Assembly: GCF_036588685.1 (NCBI RefSeq)
Contig: NC_086382.1
Location: forward strand, 25,296,001-25,360,000
Length of the DNA: 64,000 bases
Source of the DNA: Mytilus trossulus
Taxonomy: Eukaryota
Reading direction: 5' to 3'
In this document: positions 37,501 through 49,500 of the stretch, one piece after another
Numbering within the stretch: position 1 is the stretch's first letter
Layout of the letters: every line of letters starts with the position of its first letter
Made by a program: the position numbers and the translations under genes
Notes under the pieces: generated by a model
Database searches by the model: none
What the model was told of the DNA's origin: nothing
The model's input: the letters and a program-made list of their open reading frames with translations, nothing else

Positions 37501-40500
37501 CAATTGGTATTTTGCAATACAATTAAATTATACATGTAGTATGACGTATAAAATAGAAAATCAATTAAAAAGTTATTAGAACTGAGGACAGATGAATCTG
37601 GACTATTTACTTGATAAATATGGTTGTATGTGTTAATTTTCATTTATATTGTGTACTTATTTTGCTTCTTACTTGTCACAAACTTACCTTTTGGAAATTT
37701 ATATCATAAAAAATATGCACAGGCAAAACTGGCATTTAATTGCAACCTAGTAAACTGACCCTTTTAAGTTTATAAAGTCAATTTTGAAAGACAAAAATTA
37801 TATGTAAAGAATTTTCATTTATTTTTCACCAGTTTTAGTGCACTTACTATTGTAGTGCTTAAATCGGTTTCTGATATAATGGTTATGCAAATCTTTAAAA
37901 TTTATTATGTTTGTACTCTAAAAAGATTGGTCTCTCTCTCTAAGGATATTAATAATAATTGATATTGGGATTTGTTTTTGTCAAGAATTTTGTTTTAACT
38001 CAAAACCATAACGTATTTGTGTGCACTGACGGCAAAAGTTTATGCAAAAACACCAAGGACCTATCTTAAGTAAAAGTATCAGTATCTTCTAGACTTCATC
38101 AATTATACAGAATGCTATATGATTATAGATGGGACAGAATGGAGTAAACTGGTATAAATACCGACTTGTCATATAATCTTGACACTGGTCTCGTACATCT
38201 TGTTGGCGACGGGATATCAGCCTCTCTGTTCGATTACTTAGCAAGTTAAGCATTTTATTCTCAAGATCGTTGATAGTTGGCACCTAAAATAAAAAGAAAA
38301 TGAATATGACACACATGTAGTGAATTTTTTTTTTGTGTGAACATACAATTTCCTTAGCTTTAATTTTGTTTTTACATTTAAAATAAATCCTTTGTCTAAG
38401 ATTTGATACCAAGTGAATTTTCTGACTGTATTTAAAATATTGAAATTTTGTAACAGAATGAATTGAAGTTTTTTCATAGTCATTTTGATATTTTTTAAAC
38501 TGTTTTAAAGTTTAAAATGATATTACAAGTTATGCTGTAGTTATTATATTTTTACTGAAAACTAAAAAATTGTTCAAACGATTCGATGTTAAATGAAATC
38601 AATGTAAAAAATGTAATTTTTCCTGTTGTTTATATTGTCCATTTTCAATTTGTGTATTCCAGTTTTCTACATAGCAAGTCCCTGACATGCTTATGCTTTG
38701 GATAATGTAATAATCTATAAAGTAGTTCTCATTTTAAGAAATCTCATTGAGGCATTTCCCAACATGTGTGTGTTCTTATATCCATGGATGACCTAACTGA
38801 AACTGAAGTCGTATACATAAAGAATAATATGACATACAATCAAGAGCTTCAACGAGAATCGTTATGTCTATTTCATGGATAAAATGTAGTACTCTTATTT
38901 CTAGATATTTCTTCCTTAATTTGTAAAAGAAATTTCTCCCTTATTTTATAAAAGAATTGTAGTTGCAAAAATAAATTAGTGGTTCCTAATTTCAATTATC
39001 TCTAAAGTGAAAGAGGTAAATATATTTCATAAATCAAACTGACAATACAAGGATGACAACCCTCACATGGCCCCTGTGCCACTTGTATTTATGTAAATCA
39101 AAATCATTTGCACTCAAATAAAACTAAAAACTTTTTTTGAGTATTATTTTTTCAGCAGAATTTTAACTTTAAAATATATAAAATTTTAAGAAAAGTCTTG
39201 TAGCACATAATAATTTAACCAGGATAAAAAAATAAAAGAAATATACAAGTGGCATTAGCCCAACCCTCTTTCTTTCTCGGGACAGAATCCCTCCCAACAT
39301 AGAAGAGACACCCACCTTCTCATTGAGACATTCAACCAAGTCTCTCACATACCCCCTCATTTCTTGGAAGAAGCGATATTGCTCTTCCAACCCTTTGACA
39401 CGTTCTTTACACGTGTCAATACTGGTTGACGATTCCACAATGTCCGTCTCAAGTGTGTCTCTCTCACGCACATGGCTACGGTGTACTTCATCCATAGAGG
39501 TCAGTCTGTAAAGATACATTAGGGTGAAGGATGAAAATAGTATTTCAAATAAAATAAGCACAAATAAAAAAAAAATTATTACATCAAATTTGAATGTCTG
39601 AATATATAATGTAGATAAAAAGAAACTTGCCTACCAAATGTTACATCTTCTGACATCAGCATATCAGATTTTGGACTTCTCTTGAACTGAATGTGTATTG
39701 TTATGCGTTTACTTTTCTAAATTGGCTAGATGTATAGGAGGAGGGTTGAAATCTCATAAACATGTTTAACCCTGCCGCATTTTTGCCCCTGTCCCAAGTT
39801 AGGAGCCTCTGGCCTTTGTTCGTCTTGTATTTTTTTCAATTTCAGTTTCTTTTGTACTATTTGGAGTTTAGTATGGTGTGCACTATCACTGAACTAGTAC
39901 ATATATTTGTTAAGGGGCCAGCTGAAAGACACCACTTGTGCTGGAATTTCTCGCTGCATTGAAGACCTGTTGGTGACCTGCTGTTGTCTGTTCTATGGTG
40001 AGGTTGTTTTCTCTTTGACACATTCCCCATTCCCATTCTCAATTTAATACAATTTTTCTCCTCCATAAAAAGACCACCAGTTGCTTTAAAATGTTTCAAG
40101 AATTTCACTAAATAAATGCAAATAACATTATCAAATATAAATAAATTAACTTAAGCTGTATTCAATTTTTGCAGTTGAATATGTTACAACCAGCTCAGAG
40201 GTATTTATTTTCTAGTTTAACAATAACAATGTTTAGTTATATTTATATAGTTACTGAGGTTAATATATTTTGATAATATTTGAAATAAGTACAAAATTAA
40301 TTCTTTAAGGTGGTACCCAATACCATCACTAAATTTAATTTGGCTAGTCTAATTTTCATAAAATTTTGACCAAGTGTTTACTTTGACCCTTTGACAAAAA
40401 TATAAAGATTTAAAAAAATTTCAACCAACCAATTCATCAGAAAAATTACACTGGTTTTATAGTAGTCTGACAAACACTAATTTTGATCATTGAGAAGCTT

Positions 40501-43500
40501 AACATTCCCTTAACAACACAACGAAACTGAAACGTTCAGCTGATTTTACAGAGTTATCTCCCTGTAGCAACCTAAACGGTGTATATTACCTCTCCTGTAA
40601 ACGTTTCCTTAGTGACTCCATGGTTACACCAGACATGTCTTGTGAGTCAGTAAGAGGTTTGAATGGTTTAAATGACAGTTCTTCTTCTTCTCTGTATCCA
40701 CCATAACCATTACTGTTCTCTCTATACTGGTCATAGCTGTATTCCTCCTGTCCTGGACCACCCTGAAATTTGAGAATTTCAACTATCTGTAATTCTTTGC
40801 AGTAAATTTACATGACTAAGGAATATAATGATCTACAAACAGAGCTTAAATATGTTATCTCTATCAAGTACAGATTGCATAATAACACTGTTTTAATCAC
40901 TTTAATGTTGACACAAAATCATCATTGATTAAAATGCTGAGGTTGTGAGTTAGAAATCTGCACTGGGCAGGAGTTTTGGAATACAATTGACAACAATTGG
41001 TCGGTAGGTCGGTAGTTCTCTCTGAGCACCCCAGTTTACTCCACCAATAAAAACTGACCGCCATAATACAGCACAATAGTGTTGAAAGTGGCTTTAATAC
41101 ACCAACCAATCAAGCTCTCATTGATTAAGTGAAGTCCAAAACTTAAACTAGTGATAAAGCTGGTATCTGAGAGAGAAAACAATCATAATCACCTCTTGTA
41201 TATAATACAAATATTCAGATATGATATTTTTGAGGGGTTAATAATACCATAATAACTTTAGGTGTAACAAAACTTTTATTGCGTTTCAAGCATAAATTAT
41301 GTACATGAATATGTATGTAGTAAAATCTGAGAAATGAAAAAGGTTTGCATTCTGCGACATGTATTGCAGGACACACAAAAATCAAATGACTGTACCTGTG
41401 TATTGACACCTTTTCTGATCTGTTGTTCTTCCCACTCTTTGTCCTGGTCACTCTCTTGGTCACTTCCTGTATAATTAAATCAATTTTGTTTGGTTTATAG
41501 AAAATATATGTTTGTCATGTTTGTAGAACATTTCATTTTAATTATTACAAACTGTATTCATGAATTCAGAAATCAGAAATGAATACAAATTTATGTCAGG
41601 AAAATGGCATTCATTAACTAACATTGACTGGTTATGCAATATTTTTCTATAGATTTCAAAATGCTTTTGATTTTAGATATTGCTTTAAAGAATTAAAATA
41701 ATGATAAAACGTTACAGAATACTGTATCTTATAAACACATGGCTTTCTACAGGAATACTAGTGTTAATATTATTCAATATTTCTAGTCAATTTTAGCCTA
41801 TCCTAACCTACCATGTTCAATAGCTAGGAAGTCATTCTGTATTTTCTGTCTTTCTTTGGCAAATGTATTAACAGAGAAATCAATCCGGCCTTCTTCATCA
41901 TCATCACTTTTATCATTGTCATCCTCTCTGGAAAAAAATTAATGATAAATATTACAATCACACATAATTAATTTAACCTTGGCCTATTTATTGTATCAGG
42001 CCATAATAAATAATAGGTTTGTTTGCCCAAATGCTACCTACCCAGAAAAAAGCTGCCTACTCAAATTCTTTTATTGTCCTTATTTGAAGATTTTTTTTTT
42101 TTAATCAAATAGGCATGAAGACTAATAAACATCTGATACTTCAATTTCTTTTTTTGAAGAAAAAAAAAGAAAATGCCTACCTATCTACCCACTGTCTCAA
42201 CCTTTGGGTCGGGTTTGGGCAAACCAAAATATTTTTAATTGTGGCCTCATGTGTATTGCACATAATCTGCCTCATTATTTCATCTTCCCTAGTCAAGGGT
42301 TCCAATCCACTCCTGTTCTCTCCACCCTTGGCAGATTAAGCCAACATTTGTGATATCAATGTTACGCCATCTATCAGAAGATTAAATTCACTCCAATTCC
42401 AAATATATTATTGTTGACTCATGGAAGCACTTGATATCTTCAAGTTGGAGGTAAAAACATGGTAGTGACTTGGTAAAGCCGGGAACGAAAATATACGTCA
42501 ACATTCATGCATTTGTGCATGAAACATACACAGGAACTTCTATTAGTTGATAAGAAACATTCAAGTTGTAACTAAATATAGTCGTATGATAAGTGATGTA
42601 AAGACTTGTTGCACAATAAACATGTGGCAATTGTTTACAAACACTTAATTACTACATTTACACATGATCTTTATGTAGGCACTTTTTGATTGGATGCAGC
42701 AAGTTTCTACTGCAACCAATAAAAAACCTTACCTTGTGTCTTCGAAATTTTATCTCAATCCGCCAAGGGTGGAGAGAACGGGAGTGGATCGTAACCCTTG
42801 GCTAGCAAAGATGTCAATATTTATGTGCCTGATATAAAGTTGAGTGTTTGAAATTCAACAATTGTCATGGGTTTTTGTTTGCCACATTTGTATTTCATTA
42901 TTTGTATTGTTATCTTACAGAATTGTATTTGCTTCCTTCCCTTTTAAGGTACATGTATTACAAATAAAAAAAATGTTGCATCCAAGCATATCAATATACT
43001 TTTTTCTAACACAAACCAAGGAATCAATTTTGATTTAATTTTCTATATCTTTATTTCTTTAGATAAATGTATGAATGTCAGATGCATAAAAGCCTCACCC
43101 TATTACAGTATATGTACTAAAAACAGTGTATATGTACGAATTTAAGATGCTTAAAACTATGTGTTTATTTGGAAATACTTTACATTAAGCTATTCCTGAT
43201 TATACATATGTACTTAGAACAGCACACAAGGTTTTAAACAGAAAAAATTATGCACAAGTAAAAAATGTTGATGTATTTGTCTATTATCTAAACCTTTCCA
43301 ACATCATATACTGTACCTGACTAATCTAGACTTTGAACTGGCTTTTTCAACTTTGACTGTATCCTCGACAGGTATAAAATCTCCCAGATCTCGTCTCTGT
43401 TGTCTTTGTTTTCTGATGCTGTGGATCATGTTTGCATCTGGTATCTGGCCACCTACAAATATTAGTTTAAACATATTTATTTATAGTGGATTGGGAAACA

Positions 43501-46500
43501 AGTTTTACAACTTATATTAATCCCTTTCCACTTTGCGGGTGCGAGTGCTGCCTTGTAGCGGCATTAGCCTACTCTTTTTCGAAATCTACAAGGGTGTCTT
43601 TAACGTGCAAGAGATATGACTCTCTCTTAACACGGGCCAGCCATTTATCGTCCCCGTCCGACGGACTGTCATCGTTTCCTCAAGACCATACTCGCAAATG
43701 GTGTCAAGGGAGAGCCGAAAATTGAGTTCCTGAAATTTTCATCCCAAACGGGAATCGAACCAGGAACCTTTGTGTTAGTAGTCCGATACCTACAAATATT
43801 AAGAACAGGACACTTATAATCATGACATTAACAAGTGCTCAGTAATCTAAACAAACAGGTATTACAGCTTTACAGGTAGAACTTACCTGTGAGCAATTTT
43901 TTTAATAATAGAATTACATCTGTCAGAGATCGATGGAGGTTCAATCAATTGCAAACAAGTCAAAACGCTACTAAATCTTTACTTCACAAACTACTATGAG
44001 TTCAGTTATTTTGGGTGAAACCAATTTTGGTGCCTGGTGGATAGAAAAAAAAAGGTATATGTATGGATATTTCAGTTTGTAGTTTGAGCTAGCGTCTCAA
44101 TACATGCAATACAGACACATATACAAATTGTACTTATTGTAAACCTTATTCTTTAGGTGTCAGCTCAAAGTCTACCTCCAGTTGGTGTATTTTCTTGCTG
44201 TGTTGAAGAGTTTGGTGGGCATTAGCATTTTTTTTGCTCTCTTTGTCCGGTGGTTGTCTCTTCAAATATAAGGTTTATCTATACCCTCAAATTCGCATAA
44301 ACATTGGTATCATAAATAAATACAATAATGAATCATCTGAACTCTCCAAACCACTTACGTCCAAGCATTTTATGTATAGCTCCCTTCTCATCCTCATCAC
44401 TCTCATTATCTACTGCCTCTGCCTCTTCTCCATTCAAGGTAAGTAACTCTTCTCGTAATTTCTGAAAATATATAAATAATGCTCTGAAGGTGTCAGTATA
44501 AACAATTGAAATGTCGCTAATTTTCATTAACAATTTGCATCAACTATGGGTTTTTTTGTTCAGAATATGAAATAAAATGATAAAGTGGGTAAATTCATTT
44601 TACTCTAACAAGATTATTGGTTGTATGAATGAAGTTTCATGCATTTCATTGATAATTTGACGTGGATTTACTTGAACATGTGAGATTGATAGGCAACTTC
44701 ACTGCCTAATATTTGCAAGTATCAGGTCCTGTACATTATCAAGAAAAATATTAGGCAGTAAGATCAAAGGGAAAATGTACTAATTTTATTCTTTAATTCT
44801 GCCCTTGAAACCAAAACAATTGTTGAAATTTTGTCTTACCTTTATGTGTGCGTCTCTGTCAACCTTTGGAATAACTTCAACATGTTCAACCTGGACTGGT
44901 TCCTGTTTTATGATCTTTTCTACTTTATGCACCTCTTCCTTCTCTTTCTGCATTTCCTTTTTTAGCATCTTAGCCAGTTTTTTGCTGTGACTAGATTTTT
45001 TAATCTTGATTTCTTCTCCTGAAAAATTGAAAGAGAGTTAAATCAAAGACATAGTGCATGTACATATTTCAGTTAGTTTTAAGTAGTAAAGGGTAATGTT
45101 AAAGTAAAGTGACGCCACCAAAATTCAAACCGGATCTGTGTTTTGAAGTAACAGTGTTCTCGCCTGCCCCAAATAGAAGGGCGGCCCGCCCTTGATGCCC
45201 TTACCGCCGCCCTTCTGCCCTGCCAATGTTCAAATGCGCCCTTCTGCCCAAATTGTTACAAAAAATAATTAAAAATGCATATTTTTACGATATAAACATT
45301 TCCGTTCGAAATAAATTATCTCCTTTTAACCAGTAAATCAATTTACAATACCCCTGACATGTAGCCGTCGGCAATTTTACCACTGTCGATGAAATGATGT
45401 AACATAAAGGTAATTACAGGTAATCATATCATTATGAGACACAGGACAGTTGATTGTAAATCATTGAATATTTATTGATTATCACCGGATTAAAAGGTTA
45501 GCTTGGCCACGCTTGTCGTGATTAGCATTTTCTTCAAAGAAATCTGTGCCAACTACTCATACTCAAGATAAGTGTCACAGCTGAGATGTTAACTTTAAAA
45601 TGTACAGTTTGGGAACTTGTGATCATATTATTAAAATTACGCATTAAAGATGCCTTGGCAGAAAAGACGATTGGCACAACAGCAGAATGTAAATCAGAAA
45701 GTTGCTAAACAGAATTGTTCCATCACTTCTTTCTTCAATAAAGATTCTACTCGGTACATATTTTAAATAAAATTGTTATTCCCTGACCATCACGATACGT
45801 TTTATGTTTATCGCGGGTAAATAAATGTCCGGTTTGCGATGTTCAACATAAATTTTAAAAAGTTTCCGGATATCGAGATCAATTAAAATGTTCGAAAATA
45901 AATTGAATGAAGAAATGTTACAAGAAAATTTTAATATGAATACGAAGAGTACGAACTTTAACTTGTTAATGTTTTCAAGCATGCTATTTAGTATACGATT
46001 TAATCGGTATGTGAGCCGAAAATAGTAATAAAAGAATAATGATCAGCGTTACGAATTTATCAGTATTTGATCGAAAAATAAAAAGTTTTGGATAATGTAT
46101 GATATTCTATTCCTTCTAAATGAAATGAAAAATTTAAATTAATTAAATGATTCATTAATTTTTAGTTATGAAAGTACGTTTTGGTTAAAGGAATAAGAAC
46201 CGTAAATGGAAAATAAAATAGAAGTTTATTTTATTTTCCCACCTATGTTCAATGATGTTTCTATAAAATTAGACATATTTTTTTTCCAATTAATAAATTT
46301 CTCTTTTTAATTTTTCGGTACTGACGAGACTACTGTTGTGGAAACTCCTACTCCAAGCTTACATAGAGACAAAATTAAAGAACACCAAGATCGCGATCAA
46401 CACAAAGATTCACTTAAACAATGGGTCAACCACACCGTCTCTGACATGACAGCAAAGATTTCAACAACTGCACAGAAGTCCATCCGAGATGCACTGAAGG

Positions 46501-49500
46501 TTTTGTACTTTTTGATATCTCATAACGTGCCACTGGACATGTTTTCATCATTTATAGACCTTTGTATAGAGCTTGGTGCAACCAACTTAGGCAATCTCAG
46601 ACTTGCAAAGTGTGCATCCTACACTAGTTGGGACATAGTTCAGGAGCTACTTGACATCCTAAGTAAGGAAGTAACATCAACAGTAATATCTGATATGCAG
46701 AAAAGTCCATCCTACTCTGTTATGGTAGACGAAGTGTCAGACAACAGGACCATTAAGCATCTCGCAATCTGTGCAAGGTACATCAACCCAGCTGGTGAAA
46801 TTCAGAATTCATTTGTAACAGACGTAGAGCTACAAAATGCAACAGCTGAGACCCTGACAAGAACAATTACTTCAGAATTGACCAATCATCAACTCAATCT
46901 CCAAGATATGACTGGTTTTGCCTCAGATGGCGCAGCTGTATTTCTTGGCAAGAAGACCGGTGTAGCTACAAGATTAAAAGACATCAATCCATCTCTTATC
47001 ACTATACATTGCCGAGACCACAGACTTGCCCTAGCCACCAGAGATAGCTTCAATTCCGTACCTGTGATGAAAAAGGTAGATGACACACTTGAGAAACTCT
47101 ACAAGTACTACAAATACAGTTGTAACCACTCAGCCAGCCTTAAAGCCGTCCAGATTGCATTCAACCAGGCACCATTGACCATAAACCAGGCCAAGCATCA
47201 CAGGTGGCTCTCACACAACCAAGCAGTTGCATCTATTGTACGATCTTACCAAGCCATTGTTGTAGACTTAGAAACTTCTAACATCAGTTCAGATCCAGTT
47301 GGTAACGGTATACTGAAAAGCCTGAAAGACCCTACTACTCTTCGTTGCCTTTTACTTCTGGCTGACACACTGCCTCACCTATGTACAGTATCACTACTAT
47401 TCCAGCGTAGAGATGTCAATCTTGGTATGGTCAAATCAACAATGGACAAGACTCTCAAAACACTGCAGATAAGGAAAACCCAAGATGGTCCCTGGCTACT
47501 CAAAGAACAACAGATAGCTGCAAGCATCAACATTACAACAGAACCAAAAGCTGACTTCTACACAAAAGTACGCACTCCTTTCTTGGACCAACTCATCGAC
47601 AATGTCACTGCTAGATTTACAGATAGTGACATCATAGATCAGTTATCTATCATCGACTTGAATGGTACAGACACTCTTCCCTCTCTCTATGGGTTTACTG
47701 AGTTGTACACACTGGCAGACCACTTCTCCATGCAACCAGAAGATCTTCAAACACAGTGGCAAGACTTTCTGAAACTAGTTGACAGCATGTCCACCCAAGA
47801 ACGTTCTGTTACTCAGCTACTGAAACTACTGCACACCTCAGACTGTGGTCTTCAAGAAATGTACCCACTAGTTCATCAACTGTATGCCATAACAGCCACA
47901 CTTCCATTGAGTACTGCTGAAGTAGAGAGGGTGTTTTCCTAGGTGAAACTCATCAAGACTAGTCACCGCAGCAACCTCAAGACAACAACACTCAACCGCC
48001 TACTGAACATCAAGCTCAACTGCACCAGCATCTTGTTTGATACACTACTTGACAAAGTCACAAACCAGTTCTTTCAGAAAAAAAGACAGAAGACTGCTTC
48101 AGTTTACACAGTGACTCTAGACTCTAGTGCAATTCATTGACTTCATTGTGTAATTTATTAACTCTATACAATGTTTAGTCTCATGTAATTTGTTTGATGT
48201 TAGTACATTGCTTTGAATTGGCCCAGTAGTTTTTGTCGAAAATGTTACCGGTGGTTAAAATTTACAATTTTAATGAAAATTGTTTAAAATTGTCTATAAA
48301 GGACAATAACTCCTTAGGGGGTCAATTTGGTCATGTTGAAATATTTGTAAATCTTACCTTGCTGAACATTATTGAGGTTTATAGTTTATCTCTATCTATA
48401 ATAATATTCAAGATAATAACCAAAAACAGCAAAATTTCCTTAAAATTATCAATTCAGGTGCAGCAACTCAACAACGGGTTCTCTGATTCATCTGAAAATT
48501 TCAGGGCAGATAGATCTTGACCTTATAAACAACTTAACCCCTGTCAGATTTGCTCTAAATGCTTTGGTTTTTGAGTTATAAGCCAAAAGCTGCATTTCAC
48601 CCCTATGTTCTATTTTTAGCAATGGCGGTCATCTTGGTTGGTTTGACGGGTCATGCCACACATTTTTTAAACTACATACCGCAAAGATGATTGTGGCCAA
48701 GTTTGGATTAATTTGGCCCAGCAGTTTCAGAGGAGAAGATTTTTGTAAAAGATATATAAAATTTACGAAAAATGGTTAAAAAATTGACTTTAAAGGGCAA
48801 TAACTCCTAAAGGGGTCAACTGACCATTTTGGTCATGTTAACTTATTTGTAAATCTTACTTTGCTGAACATTATTGCTGTTTACAGTTTATCTCTATCTA
48901 CATGATCTATAATAATATTCAAGATAATAACCAAAAACAGCAAAATTTCCCTAAAATTACCAATTCAGGGGCAGGAACCAAACAACGGGATGTCCGATTT
49001 ATCTGAAAATTTCAGGGCAGATAGATCTTGACCTGATAAACAATTTAACCCCCGTGTCAGATTTGCTCTAAATGCTTTGGTTTTTGAGTTATTTTTAGCC
49101 AAAAACTGCATTTTACCCCTATGTTCTATTTTTAGCCATGGCCGCCATCTTGGTTGGTTGACCGGGTCACGCCACACATTTTTAAAACTAGATACCCCAA
49201 TGATGATTGTGGCCAAGTTTGGTTTAATTTGGCCCAGTAGTTTCAGAGGAGAAGATTTTTCTAAAAGCTAACGTCGACGGACGACGACGACGGACGCCAA
49301 GTGATGGGAAAAGCTCACTTGGCCCTTTGGGCCAGGTGAGCTAAAAAAGGAAAAAAAACACTCAACAATCATACAATCTTTTTTACAAACAAAATTTACT
49401 AGTACCCTTCTGCCCTCAAATTCAAGCTGGAACACTGAGTAATAAGCATTGTGTATCAGTTTCATAACATTTGGTTCAGGCAAACTAAAGTAAGAGAATG

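Larger units (their letters stand above)
45152..49437 (+). mobile_element. hAT DNA transposon with CAGTGTTC termini and 5-bp TSD (hAT5-like) in PAXBP1 intron 1
   Basis: AGTAA|CAGTGTTCTCGC ... GCTGGAACACTG|AGTAA; CCCTTCTGCCC subterminal motifs at both ends; internal transposase ORF. Confidence 0.85.

Noticed and set aside
43745-43787. tRNA gene
   Set aside because: Only a B-box/T-arm remnant with no full cloverleaf; it is the head of a TSD-flanked SINE
47943-48140. Separate 65-aa gene
   Set aside because: In-frame continuation of the hAT transposase after a nonsense codon
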